NCBI GenBank assembly: GCA_963665775.2
Contig: CAXXTF010000001.1
Location: 192,001 to 256,000 of the forward strand
Direction: 5' to 3'
Length of the DNA: 64,000 bases
DNA from: Dehalococcoidia bacterium
GTDB lineage: Bacteria; Chloroflexota; Dehalococcoidia; SM23-28-2; RBG-16-64-32
The notes under the pieces are model-generated. The model ran no database searches. It was given only the letters and a program-made list of their open reading frames with translations, and had not been told where the DNA came from. Shown here piece by piece: positions 32,970 through 42,616 of this stretch (positions within the stretch are counted from its first letter, which is position 1; each line of letters starts with the position of its first letter). Position numbers and translations under genes: made by a program.

Positions 32970-33422
32970 TTGGAACACAATTCTCTGCAGCTTAAGGAGA
33001 TACTGGTACCAGTAGATGGCTCACGAGCCAGCCTCGATGCATTGGCTCTGGCCTGCGTCCTGGCCAAACGCAACAGGGGTAGGGTGCACGCCGTATATGT
33101 GATCGAGGTGGCGCGGAGGTTGCCCCTGGACGCCGATCTGAGCCCGGAGGCGAAGCGCGGGGAGGAGATCCTCAAAGAGGCCCGGCAGATAGCTGACTCC
33201 CAGGACTCCGACATAGAGGACGATCTGCTGCAGGCTCGAGACGCCGGTCACGCCATCGTCGATGAGGCGATCGAGCGGGCCGTCGACGGGATAATCCTGG
33301 GGACGAACTACAGGCGGCCGCTAGGGGAGTACAAGATTGGCGACGCCGCCCAGTACGTCCTCAAGAACGCGCCCTGCCCGGTCATCGTCTACCGGGCGCC
33401 GGTGGAAGGATCGACCCCGTGA
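32970..33422 (+). CDS. Universal stress protein
   Basis: ILVPVDGS and VLKNAPCPV motifs. Confidence 0.9.
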   Translation: MEHNSLQLKEILVPVDGSRASLDALALACVLAKRNRGRVHAVYVIEVARRLPLDADLSPEAKRGEEILKEARQIADSQDSDIEDDLLQARDAGHAIVDEAIERAVDGIILGTNYRRPLGEYKIGDAAQYVLKNAPCPVIVYRAPVEGSTP

Positions 33423-33844
33423 AGGTGGTGATCATGGGCTGTGGCCGCGTGGGCGCCGCCCTGGCGATGTCGTTGGACCAGGAAGGCTACGACGTCACGG
33501 TCCTGGATGTAAACCCGAACGCCTTCCGCCGGCTGCCGCCGCAGTACAAGGGGCATCGGGAGGTCGGGAACGGGATCGACCAAGATGTGCTGGCCCGCAT
33601 CGGTGTGGGGGAGGCGGACTCCTTCGTCGCGGTGACGCAGGGCGACAACCGCAACGTGATGGCAGCCCAGATGGCGAAACACCTGTTCGGGGTGCCGCGG
33701 GCGGTCTGCCGGATCTACGACCCGATCCGGGAAGAGATATATCACAAGTTAGGTCTGGAGACTATCAGCCCAACCCTGGTGGGGGCCAGCCTCCTGAAGG
33801 ATCTGCTGGAGAGGGAGCCCGTAGCCCGGAGAGGTGAACGGTAG
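33419..33844 (+). CDS. trkA: TrkA-N (RCK N-terminal only) protein
   Basis: GCGRVG Rossmann motif and T-x-GDNRN; only 141 aa. Confidence 0.88.
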   Translation: MKVVIMGCGRVGAALAMSLDQEGYDVTVLDVNPNAFRRLPPQYKGHREVGNGIDQDVLARIGVGEADSFVAVTQGDNRNVMAAQMAKHLFGVPRAVCRIYDPIREEIYHKLGLETISPTLVGASLLKDLLEREPVARRGER

Positions 33845-33845
33845 C

Positions 33846-34550
33846 ATGTATATCATCGTCATAGGCGCGGGAAAGGTCGGCTACTACCTGGCCAAGGAGC
33901 TCGTGGAGGAGGAGCACGAGGTGCTCGTCATCGAGAAAGACGGCGCCAAGTGCGACCTGATCGCCGAGGAGCTGGGGGATATAGTGCTGCCGGGGGACGG
34001 CTGCGAGGCGGCCACCATGGAGACGGCCGGCTTCGGCCGCGCCGATATGGTTATCGCGGTTACGGGAGATGACGAGGACAACCTAGTGGTCTGCCAGGTA
34101 GCGAAGGCGAACTTCAACGTGCCGCGCACCGTGGCCCGTATCAACAACCCGAAGAACGAGGAGATCTTCAAGCGGCTGGGGATCGACACGACGGTCAGCG
34201 CTACGGCGGCCATCCTGGCCCACATCGAGCAGGAGCTACCAACGCACCCGCTGATTCCGCTGCTAACCCTGAAGGGCGGCAGCCTGGAGATCGTGGAGGT
34301 CAAGGTGCCGGGCAGCGCGGCCGTAGTGGGTAAGCCGATCAGCGACATCTCACTGCCCCAGCAATCCCTCATCGTCCTGATCGTCGATCAGGACGGAACG
34401 CCGCGGGTGCCCAGCAGCGACGCGGTGATCAGAGCCGGGGACGAGGTGGTGGCGGTGGCCCGGACAGAGGCGGAGGACGCCCTGCGGACGGTGCTGGCGG
34501 CGCCAGCAGCGGGATCATCCTACGGCCCCATCGGCACACCCCGGCAATGA
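33846..34550 (+). CDS. trkA: TrkA family RCK protein (N+C domains)
   Basis: GAGKVG, TGDDEDN and ARINNP motifs; TrkA-C domain. Confidence 0.9.
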   Translation: MYIIVIGAGKVGYYLAKELVEEEHEVLVIEKDGAKCDLIAEELGDIVLPGDGCEAATMETAGFGRADMVIAVTGDDEDNLVVCQVAKANFNVPRTVARINNPKNEEIFKRLGIDTTVSATAAILAHIEQELPTHPLIPLLTLKGGSLEIVEVKVPGSAAVVGKPISDISLPQQSLIVLIVDQDGTPRVPSSDAVIRAGDEVVAVARTEAEDALRTVLAAPAAGSSYGPIGTPRQ

Positions 34551-35389
34551 CACGCCGTCTGGCCTTCCTGGGGCCGCACGGAACCTTCGCTGAGGAGGCT
34601 GCCCTCCAGTACGACCCCCAGGCCGAACTACTTCCCCTGGCCAGCATCTCGGCAGTAGCGGGCGCGCTGGCGGCGAGCCTGGCCGACGAGGGCGTTGTCC
34701 CCATCGAGAACAGCCTGGAGGGGTCGGTTACGGAGACGCTGGACACCCTCATCCACCCCGACTTGTCGGGGCCGCTGGCGGTGCGGAACGAGGTTGTGCT
34801 GCCCATCGAGCACTATCTACTAGTGAAGCCCGGCCTGACCGCGGACCGGGTGAAGAGGGTATTCTCCCACCCGCAGGCGCTGGCCCAGTGTCGGAGCTTC
34901 GTGGAGCGCCGCTTCCCCGAGGCGACTCTAGAGGCGGCCCTTTCCACGGCCGCAGCGGTGGAGGAGATCATGGCCAGAGAGGACGCTGCGGCCATAGGGA
35001 ACCGGCGGGCGGCAGAGCTGTACGGAGCGGAGGCGCTGGCGCAGGGGATTCAGGACCGAAGCCCCAACGTGACCCGCTTCGTGGTGCTAGCAGGGGAAGA
35101 TCATCAACCCACTGGGGACGATAAGACCTCTCTAGCCTTCGCCTTTGCGGTAGAGGACCGGCCGGGGCTGCTGGTGGCCACCCTGAACGAGTTCTCGCGG
35201 CGCTCCATCAATCTCTCAAAGATAGAATCGCGGCCCAGCAAGGAGCGGCTGGGGACGTACATCTTCCTGGTAGACGTGGCCGGTCACCGGACTGACGAGC
35301 CTCTGGCCGAGGCGCTGGAGCGCGTGCGGGAGAAGTGCTCCTTCTTCCGCGTGCTGGGGTCGTACCCACGCTACCGGGAGGCGGCGTAA
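34547..35389 (+). CDS. pheA: Prephenate dehydratase
   Basis: LGPHGTF, PIENS, SHPQALAQC, NVTRF and IESRP motifs. Confidence 0.95.
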   Translation: MTRRLAFLGPHGTFAEEAALQYDPQAELLPLASISAVAGALAASLADEGVVPIENSLEGSVTETLDTLIHPDLSGPLAVRNEVVLPIEHYLLVKPGLTADRVKRVFSHPQALAQCRSFVERRFPEATLEAALSTAAAVEEIMAREDAAAIGNRRAAELYGAEALAQGIQDRSPNVTRFVVLAGEDHQPTGDDKTSLAFAFAVEDRPGLLVATLNEFSRRSINLSKIESRPSKERLGTYIFLVDVAGHRTDEPLAEALERVREKCSFFRVLGSYPRYREAA

Positions 35390-35398
35390 GAGCGAGCG

Positions 35399-36214
35399 TT
35401 GCCGGAGATTCCGGATCTGGAGGGCTACCGGGCGTACTTCAACCGCCGACTACCCGGCCTGAAGGTGGAGGCCGCTGAGGTGACCATACCCATCGTCGTT
35501 CGAGCGCCGAGGGAGGAGTTCGCCGCCAGGCTCAGCGGCAACCGCCTGGGCCAAGTGGAGCGGCTGGGCAAGTACCTGCTCTTCCCCTTCCAGAGCGGCG
35601 ACTGGCTGATCGTACACGCCATGCTCACGGGCCGCTTCCAGTACTGCAACCCGAAGGAGAGGAGACGGAAGAAGACGGCCTTCGTCCTGGGCCTGGAAAC
35701 CGGAATGGAGCTGCGCTACTGCGATGATCGGCTGATGGGGAAGGCGTACCTGGCCCGCCAGGAGGAGTTCGGTCAGAAGGTGCCGCGCTGGCTGGAGATG
35801 GGGCCGGACGCCATGAGCGCGAAGCTCTCCCAGGACGGGTTCGTGGAGCGGCTGCGGACGCGTCGCGGTCAGATCAAGAACGTGCTGACGACAGAGCAGT
35901 GCCTGGCCGGCATCGGCAATGCCTACTCGGACGAGGTGCTGTGGGAGGCGGGGATCCACCCCTACCGAAAGCGGACGGAGCTGTCGGCGGAGGCGCTGGC
36001 GGGACTGTACCGAGCCGTGCATGCCGTGATGGAGTGGGCGACGCCGATCGTGGCGGAGCGGATGGAGAACGAGGGGCTACCGTCGGGCCATTACCAAGAC
36101 CACCTGCGGGTGCATCGCCAGGGCGGACAGCCGTGCCCCTGCTGCGGCACCAGGATAACGGAGATCGCGGCGGGGCAACGGATCACGAACTTCTGCCGCA
36201 GCTGTCAGAGGTAG
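35399..36214 (+). CDS. Fpg/Nei family DNA glycosylase
   Basis: N-terminal PE, GKYL, H2TH GIGNAYSDE and a C-terminal zinc finger. Confidence 0.9.
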   Translation: MPEIPDLEGYRAYFNRRLPGLKVEAAEVTIPIVVRAPREEFAARLSGNRLGQVERLGKYLLFPFQSGDWLIVHAMLTGRFQYCNPKERRRKKTAFVLGLETGMELRYCDDRLMGKAYLARQEEFGQKVPRWLEMGPDAMSAKLSQDGFVERLRTRRGQIKNVLTTEQCLAGIGNAYSDEVLWEAGIHPYRKRTELSAEALAGLYRAVHAVMEWATPIVAERMENEGLPSGHYQDHLRVHRQGGQPCPCCGTRITEIAAGQRITNFCRSCQR

Positions 36215-36272
36215 CGGCCAGCCCAGGCTAAGCGACGCTCAGAGCATCGCCAGCGCCAGCTGTCCAGCCTCC

Positions 36273-36803
36273 TTAGGTGAAGTCGCCGTCGGCTTCCCAG
36301 CCGGGGACGAACTTCCGCCACTCCTCCTGCTGCTCCAGATACGGGTAGAAGGTGTGGAAGAAGCTGGAGCGAGGCCGGACGGGCTGGCGCTCGAGATGCA
36401 TGCGAGCCTCCGCAGGTGTCCGGCCGGCCTTGCGGTGATTGCAGAGCTTGCAGGCCGCGACGACGTTCTCCCAATCGTGGGTGCCGCCGCGGTGGCGCGG
36501 CAGCACGTGGTCCAGAGTCAGATCCCTGGTCTCCTTGCCGCAGTATTGGCAGGTAAAGCGATCGCGTAGAAACAGCTCACGGCGGGTAAGGCGCCCCTGA
36601 GGCCGCGGGCGGCGGATGAGGTAGATGAGGCGAATGACGGAGGGGATCTCGAACAGGGCGGAGGGGGTGTGAAGGTAGCCGCGGCCGTTCTCTATGATCT
36701 CCGCCTTACCGCGGTCGACAAGGACGAACGCCCGCCGAACGTTGCACACATTCAGCGGTTCGTAGTTTTGGTTGAGCACCAATACAGGAGAAGCTGTTCC
36801 CAT
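36273..36803 (-). CDS. HNH endonuclease
   Basis: VLVLNQNYEPL, RD-x-x-TCQYCG, DHVLP and WENVVAAC-x-x-CN motifs. Confidence 0.9.
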   Translation of the reverse strand: MGTASPVLVLNQNYEPLNVCNVRRAFVLVDRGKAEIIENGRGYLHTPSALFEIPSVIRLIYLIRRPRPQGRLTRRELFLRDRFTCQYCGKETRDLTLDHVLPRHRGGTHDWENVVAACKLCNHRKAGRTPAEARMHLERQPVRPRSSFFHTFYPYLEQQEEWRKFVPGWEADGDFT

Positions 36804-36864
36804 CGCCCAGTTACCACCGAGGCCAATAGTAGCAGAGCGGGCTAGCCCGGGCAATTCCGGCCGG

Positions 36865-37368
36865 TCAGGGAGACAGGAACTGGTCGACCCGGTCACCGAT
36901 CTCGCCGGGAAGGAGGCGGAGGATGAAGTCCACATCGTCCAGGAAAACGGAGGCGAGCCCGGAACCATCGATAGCGTCGTCCAGGCCCAGCTGTGGGTAG
37001 GCGGCGAAGACGATCAGCAGGATTTGCGCGACGAGAAGGCCCTTTAAGAGGCCGAAGAAGGCGCCGCCAAACTGGTCGGCCCAGCCCAGCATGAGAAGCG
37101 AGGCGGTCCGTTTCAGGACGTAGGCAGTGACCTGTCCCAGGAGAAAGACAGCCCCAAACAGCACAAGGAAGGAAACGGCCAGGGCGGCCTCGTCGCTGTC
37201 GATGAACACGAGGACGTCGGTGGCCAGGTTGCGATACAACTGGCCCGCCACCACGATCCCGATCACGACAGCGACGAGGGTGATGATCTCCCGGATCAGC
37301 CCCGCGCTATAGGAGCTGTAGGTGAAGCCCAGAACGACGACGATGATGACGATATCGAGCCAGTTCAT
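36865..37368 (-). CDS. cvpA: CvpA family membrane protein
   Basis: MNWLDI, GLIRE and D-x-x-GG-x-x-FG-x-x-KG motifs. Confidence 0.85.
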   Translation of the reverse strand: MNWLDIVIIVVVLGFTYSSYSAGLIREIITLVAVVIGIVVAGQLYRNLATDVLVFIDSDEAALAVSFLVLFGAVFLLGQVTAYVLKRTASLLMLGWADQFGGAFFGLLKGLLVAQILLIVFAAYPQLGLDDAIDGSGLASVFLDDVDFILRLLPGEIGDRVDQFLSP

Positions 37369-37558
37369 GTATCACGCAACTGCAGGCCAAGTGAACCGCG
37401 GCTATATTACTCCGGAAGGGGCAAGGATGACCAGTCCGTTCGGGGCGCCCGGCCATTATCCGGGCCGGCCCCTGCGTTTACGCCAACAGACGGCCGGTGG
37501 TAAAATACGGGCCTGCCTGGTTTGGAGACGAGCAAGGGCATCCTGAGCCGTTCGACTG

Positions 37559-37624
37559 TGTCATTCTGAGCGGAGCGAAAAATCTCACATCGGCGGTCAG
37601 ACCCCCACTTCGCTCAGGGTGACA
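37559..37624. repeat. REP-like inverted repeat element
   Basis: TGTCATTCTGAGCGGAG ... CTTCGCTCAGGGTGACA. Confidence 0.75.
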
Positions 37625-37725
37625 GCCGCTCAAGCTGACAGAATTGGGCGCTGTCAATCGAATCGGACAGGGATCGGCAGGTCAAAGAGAAGAAGGAACG
37701 AGGCAGAGGGAACAGGAGGCCGAAG

Positions 37726-38496
37726 ATCGACGAGGCGAAGTTGCGAGCGCTGCTGGAGTCCCTCCGCCAGGGCGCCCTGTCAGTGGACGAGGCGCTGAGC
37801 CGGCTGAGCCACCTTCCCTATGAGGAGCTAGGATTCGCCGAGGTGGACCATCACCGTGCCCTGCGCACGGGCTTCCCTGAGGTCGTGCTGGCAGAAGGAA
37901 AGACCACGGAGCAGGTGACGGCCATCGCCGAGCGGCTGGCGGCTCATCAAGACCGGCTCCTCATCACCAGGGCTGACGCTGACTGCTATCGGGCAGTCAA
38001 GGAACGGGTGCCGGACGCCATCTACCACACCTCGGCCAGGGCGGTGACGATGGACCGTAGCGGGCAACGGCATCGGCCGGGGGTGGCCATCCTCTGTGCG
38101 GGCACCTCAGACCTGCCGGTAGCGGAGGAAGCGGCGGTGACGGCCGAGCTTATGGGCAGCGAGGCGGACCGCCTGTACGACGTCGGCGTGGCCGGCATAC
38201 ACCGGCTGCTGGACAAGATGGAGCGGATAAGGACGGCCAAAGCGTTGGTCGTGGTGGCGGGCATGGAGGGAGCGCTCCCCAGCGTAGTGGCCGGGCTGGT
38301 CGCCGCCCCGATCATCGCCGTTCCGACCTCGGTGGGATACGGGGCGAGCTTCCACGGATTGGCGCCCCTCCTGACGATGCTAAACAGCTGCGCCGCCGGA
38401 GTGGCGGTGGTCAACATCGACAACGGTTTCGGGGCCGGCTACCTGGCGGCGGTGATCAACCGGCAATCGTGGGCCTCGGAAGGGCCACCGGAGTAG
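37726..38496 (+). CDS. larB: Nickel-pincer cofactor biosynthesis protein LarB
   Basis: DHHR-x-x-RTGFPEV, AGTSDLPV, DVGVAG, VPTSVGYG and VNIDNG motifs. Start is ATC 37726 or TTG 37741. Confidence 0.93.
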   Translation: MDEAKLRALLESLRQGALSVDEALSRLSHLPYEELGFAEVDHHRALRTGFPEVVLAEGKTTEQVTAIAERLAAHQDRLLITRADADCYRAVKERVPDAIYHTSARAVTMDRSGQRHRPGVAILCAGTSDLPVAEEAAVTAELMGSEADRLYDVGVAGIHRLLDKMERIRTAKALVVVAGMEGALPSVVAGLVAAPIIAVPTSVGYGASFHGLAPLLTMLNSCAAGVAVVNIDNGFGAGYLAAVINRQSWASEGPPE

Positions 38497-38571
38497 GCAT
38501 GAGGACGCCGGAGGTTTGCCGCTGGTAGATCGAGCATTCGGTCTCCCACGTACATCGGCCTGCGATCAACC

Positions 38572-39786
38572 ATGACGCGCATCGCATACCTGGACTGCTT
38601 CTCGGGAGTGAGCGGCGACATGCTGCTGGGCGCGCTGCTGGACGCCGGGCTGCCCCTGGAGGAGCTGCGCGGCGAGCTGGCGAAGCTGCCGCTGGACGGA
38701 TACGGCCTGAGTTCGCGCCCGGTGCAGCGGGCCGGTTTGGCCGCCACGCAGGCTATGGTAGAGGTGCGAGAGGAGCAACCGCCGCGCACCCTGAGAGACG
38801 TCCTCGACCTGATCGAAGGGGCGTCCCTACCGGCGTCGGACCGTGAGCAGGCGACAGCGGTGTTCCAGCGGCTGGCGGAAGCGGAGGCGACCGTGCACGG
38901 CGAGACGGTGGAGACGGTGCACCTTCACGACGTGGGGGCCGTGGACGCCGTTGTGGATGTCATGGGAACGGTGATCGGACTGCGGCTGCTGGGGGTGGAG
39001 CAGGTATACGCCTCGGCGCTGCCGCTGGGGAAGGGGGAGGTGGAAGGGCGGCACGGTAGGCTGCCCCTGCCGGCCCCGGCAACGCTGGAGCTGCTGGCGC
39101 GGGCCGGGGCGCCGCTCGCCGCCGCCGCGGGCGAACCGGCGGGCGAGCTGGTGACGCCGACCGGCGCCGCCATCGTGACGACGCTGGCCCGGTTCGAGCG
39201 GCCAGAGATGACCCTGGAGCGGATCGGCTACGGGGCCGGTTCGCGGGACCCGGAGGGCCGTCCCAACGTGCTCAGGCTGTGGCTGGGCGAGGGTGTCCAT
39301 TCGGCTGCGCTCAGGACAGGCCCTTCGGCCCCAAAACCGATGCTGCTCATCGAGACGAACATCGACGACATGACGGCCGAGATGCTGGCCTACGTTCAAG
39401 AGAAGCTGATGGCGTCCGGGGCGGCCGACGCCTGGTTCACGTCCATCCAGATGAAGAAGGGCCGCCCGGGGGTGATGCTCTCCGTCATCTGCAGCGAGGC
39501 GGTGGAGGAGACGATGGCGCGCCTGCTGCTGCGGGAGACCTCGACCCTGGGGGTGCGCGTGCGCGCCGTGCACCGATGGGAAGCGGAGCGGGAGGCGCTG
39601 GCGTTCGAGTCGTCCCTGGGACCGGCGGCGGCCAAGGTGAAACGGCTGCCGGGGGAGCCGCCGCGCCTGGCTCCGGAATACGAGGCGTGCCGGGGGCTGG
39701 CGGAGCGCTCAGGGCTGCCGCTGGCGGAGGTGTACCGTATCGTGCAGGCGGAGGGAGAGGCGGAACTGGACCGGCGGTCTCACTAG
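38572..39786 (+). CDS. larC: Nickel-pincer cofactor biosynthesis protein LarC
   Basis: DCFSGVSGDM, ELVTPTG, ETNIDD, MKKGRP and PEYE motifs. Confidence 0.93.
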   Translation: MTRIAYLDCFSGVSGDMLLGALLDAGLPLEELRGELAKLPLDGYGLSSRPVQRAGLAATQAMVEVREEQPPRTLRDVLDLIEGASLPASDREQATAVFQRLAEAEATVHGETVETVHLHDVGAVDAVVDVMGTVIGLRLLGVEQVYASALPLGKGEVEGRHGRLPLPAPATLELLARAGAPLAAAAGEPAGELVTPTGAAIVTTLARFERPEMTLERIGYGAGSRDPEGRPNVLRLWLGEGVHSAALRTGPSAPKPMLLIETNIDDMTAEMLAYVQEKLMASGAADAWFTSIQMKKGRPGVMLSVICSEAVEETMARLLLRETSTLGVRVRAVHRWEAEREALAFESSLGPAAAKVKRLPGEPPRLAPEYEACRGLAERSGLPLAEVYRIVQAEGEAELDRRSH

Positions 39787-39862
39787 CACGCCGCCCGACT
39801 GCCCCAGCGATGCCGTCCTCGTCGTTAGGGGGCGCGGCAGAGGGCTAGGAGCTTGATACGCG

Positions 39863-40741
39863 TCACGCCTTCGGTTCGTCCCCCGCCTTGCCGCCGGCGC
39901 CGCCGTCGCCACCCAACATTCTGGTGAAGGGGCGGATGAGGTTAGTGAACTCCATGGGGAAGATCCACTTGGTGGAGGGGCTCTCCCCTACGTCCTTCAG
40001 GGTCTCCAGGTACTGGAGGCTCAGGGTGTTCTGGTCCACGCCGCGGGCGACCTCGTTGATCTTGTTGAGGGCGGTGCTGAAGCCCTCCGCCCGGAGGATC
40101 TCGGCCTGGCGGTTCCCCTCAGCGCGGAGGATATCGGCCTGCCTCTCGCCTTCCGCCTCGAGGATGGCGGCCTGCTTCTGCCCCTCGGCTACCGTGATGT
40201 TCGCCTCCTTCTGACCGTCGGCCTCGGTGACCTGGGCGCGTCGGTTACGCTCGGCGGACATCTGGCGGCTCATCGCCTCCTGGATATCGCGTGGCGGCTG
40301 GATCTCGCGGATCTCCACTGCTGTCACCTTGACGCCCCAGCGGTCGGTCACCTCATCCAGCTTCTCCTGCATGGTCTGGTTGATCTGGTCGCGCTTGGCC
40401 AGGACGTCGTCCAGGGTGATGTCGCCGACCACGGCGCGGAGGTTGGTGATGGCCATGCCGCGGGCGGCCAGCATGTAGTTCTCCACCTTGAGGACGCTGG
40501 CCTCAGGGTCGACGACTTTCATGTAGACGAGCATGTCCACGGAGACGGGGGCGTTATCCTTGGTGATGCAGGTCTGGGGAGGCACGTCCAGGACGTCCTC
40601 TCGCAGGTCGACCACAATCACCTGGTCGATGATGGGGAAAAGAGGGAAGACCAAGCCGGGTCCCTTCAAGCCCATGAAGCGGCCGAAGCGCAAGTGGACG
40701 AGGCGCCTATACTCGGGGACAACGCTGAGGAAGAAGGGCAT
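39863..40741 (-). CDS. SPFH/band-7 (stomatin-like) protein
   Basis: GPGL, ITKDN, WGVKV-x-x-VEI and AER-x-RRA motifs. Confidence 0.92.
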   Translation of the reverse strand: MPFFLSVVPEYRRLVHLRFGRFMGLKGPGLVFPLFPIIDQVIVVDLREDVLDVPPQTCITKDNAPVSVDMLVYMKVVDPEASVLKVENYMLAARGMAITNLRAVVGDITLDDVLAKRDQINQTMQEKLDEVTDRWGVKVTAVEIREIQPPRDIQEAMSRQMSAERNRRAQVTEADGQKEANITVAEGQKQAAILEAEGERQADILRAEGNRQAEILRAEGFSTALNKINEVARGVDQNTLSLQYLETLKDVGESPSTKWIFPMEFTNLIRPFTRMLGGDGGAGGKAGDEPKA

Positions 40742-40821
40742 TGGGGGTCTCCTTTCGAAACGGTCAGGCCGGATGTGGGCTCATTATAGCGCTAACGGAC
40801 AGGCGGCGTTTATACCGACCG

Positions 40822-41535
40822 CTAAGCCGTATCGAAGCCCAGGCCGCGCTCCTTGAGGCTGACGAAGCCCTGGCGGGCGATTACCACATGGTCCAGGACG
40901 TCGATGCCGAGGAGAGCGCCGGCCTCGACCATCTGTTTGGTGATGGCGACGTCGTCAGCGCTCGGGGTCGGGTCACCGGAAGGGTGGTTGTGGACGACGA
41001 TGACAGCGGGGCAGCCCTCCCGAACGGCGTCCCGAAGGAGCTCGCCTACGCGGACGACGGCGCTGTTGACGTTGCCCTTGTACACCTCCGGGATGGCCAG
41101 AACCTGGTTGCGGGTGTTGAGGAGGATAACCCGCAGGTGCTCCTGTTCCAGAAGGGCCATCTCCGCCATAAGGAGGTTGTTGACGTCCTGGGGAGAACGC
41201 ACGGTGGCGCGCTCGTTAGGCTGAGTGGAAACGAGCCGTTTGCCCAGCTCCAGAGCGGCCAGGAGTTGGGCGGCCTTCGCTTCCCCCACGGCGTGCTCAG
41301 CGCAAAGCTCGCCGAAGGAGGCGCGGGCCAGGCCGGGCAACCCCTCGAAGCGGATCAGAATGCGCGTGGCCAGCGCCAGAACGTTCTCGCCGGTGCTGCC
41401 GGTGCGGAGGAGGATGGCCAGGAGCTCCGCGTTAGAGAGCGAGGAGGCACCGCGGAGGCGCAGCCGCTCCCGAGGCCGCTCATCGGAGAGCATATCACGG
41501 ATGAGGGGGCGATAATCGAGGTTGGCTTCTGGCAT
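40822..41535 (-). CDS. radC: RadC/JAB family protein
   Basis: [21 protein letters not shown]-x-PS-x-DD and LDHVVI motifs. Confidence 0.93.
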   Translation of the reverse strand: MPEANLDYRPLIRDMLSDERPRERLRLRGASSLSNAELLAILLRTGSTGENVLALATRILIRFEGLPGLARASFGELCAEHAVGEAKAAQLLAALELGKRLVSTQPNERATVRSPQDVNNLLMAEMALLEQEHLRVILLNTRNQVLAIPEVYKGNVNSAVVRVGELLRDAVREGCPAVIVVHNHPSGDPTPSADDVAITKQMVEAGALLGIDVLDHVVIARQGFVSLKERGLGFDTA

Positions 41536-41649
41536 CGGCGGACCTCAGGCGGGAGACGCAGTGAGTTTAGCGCGAGCGGGCCGGGCGAGTAAAGGGTCAG
41601 GCGGCTCCTTCGCCCGATTCGTCGGCAGGAATCTCCCCAGCTTTAGGGC

Positions 41650-41678
41650 TTGCTTTCGGTTATCCGCCCAGGTATAAT
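41650..41678 (+). promoter_or_regulatory. sigma70 promoter upstream of the acyl-CoA catabolic cluster
   Basis: TTGCTT-N17-TATAAT. Confidence 0.7.
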
Positions 41679-42051
41679 TCCCGTCGCGTAAAGGTTATGT
41701 ACGCTAATAATACACTGACGAACACCGAGTTCGTCTGGAGGCGAGACAGGCTGACAGGGTGACTGAGCGACAACAAGGCCGTACCGATGGTGGCTGTGCC
41801 TAAGTTCCGTTCTTCGGAGCATCTGCTGCAATCACTGACCCTAGTGGTGATACTGTCTGGCTGAGCGGGGCGAGCGGTCATCTTCCCCCGTCAGCCACAA
41901 CCCCAGACACCCATCACAGCGAGAAGAAGCCCGGGCTGGTCGCCCCTTCTCCGCCGCGCATCCGAGCCGGCCAGCGCTTAGGTTTATCCGCCGGCTGAGG
42001 CGGGTAGCGGCAGAGCTATCACCAGCATCGAGCTTCTGAGGAGGGATGATC

Positions 42052-42594
42052 ATGGCGACCAACACGCCGGAGGAGATGCTCCAGGAGGCACGCAAGCTCA
42101 TAGGCTGGGAAACTGAGCCCGTGCCCAGCCGCTACCCTGTGGAGTACGACCCCATCCGCCGCTACTGCCACATGGTCGGCGACGACAACCCCCTATTCAT
42201 GGACCCCGAGCACGCGGCGAACGCTCGATACGGCTCCGTCATCGCCCCGCCCTTCTTTATCCGCCAGACCAGCGGGCCCGGCCCCTGGCCGCCGCGGAGC
42301 CAGGAGATACCCACCGCCTCGGGTAGGGTGCTCAGCCCGGGCGACCGCAACATCGTCCTCAACACCGAGTTTGAGTTACTCAAGCCCGTCAAGGTGGGCG
42401 ATCGTATCAGCCAGACCCAGCGGCTCGTCGACGTCTACATCAAGCCCATCCGGCTGGACCCGAAGACCTTCTGGCTGGTGAACGAGACTATCTTCAGGAA
42501 CCAGGACGACGAAGTCGTCGCCACCATGCGCAACACTATGGTGCGCCACCGCACTCCCGAACAGGTCAAAGCGGCCGGAGACGCCGAGGCGTGA
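42052..42594 (+). CDS. MaoC-N/FAS1-like hotdog dehydratase subunit (copy 1)
   Basis: IRRYCHMVGDDNPLF, APP and P-x-KVGD motifs. Confidence 0.85.
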   Translation: MATNTPEEMLQEARKLIGWETEPVPSRYPVEYDPIRRYCHMVGDDNPLFMDPEHAANARYGSVIAPPFFIRQTSGPGPWPPRSQEIPTASGRVLSPGDRNIVLNTEFELLKPVKVGDRISQTQRLVDVYIKPIRLDPKTFWLVNETIFRNQDDEVVATMRNTMVRHRTPEQVKAAGDAEA

Positions 42595-42616
42595 GCCGGA
42601 GAGGATGGATGAAACC

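Noticed and set aside
36273-36803. HNH nuclease as part of a defence or mobile system
   Set aside because: It is a common stand-alone chromosomal HNH type with host-like composition and no methylase, repeat or integrase nearby.
37510-37685. Possible 6S-like RNA in the larB leader (GGCCTGCC...GGCAGGTC closing stem)
   Set aside because: Most pairing comes from the embedded REP-like repeat, and there is no convincing central bubble or long outer stem.
40822-41535. radC as a marker of an integrated mobile element
   Set aside because: It is the full-length chromosomal form, with no integrase or att sites nearby.
41697-41864. TGA read-through (selenocysteine) joining two small ORFs
   Set aside because: The product resembles no known protein, and no SECIS-like hairpin is evident after the TGA.
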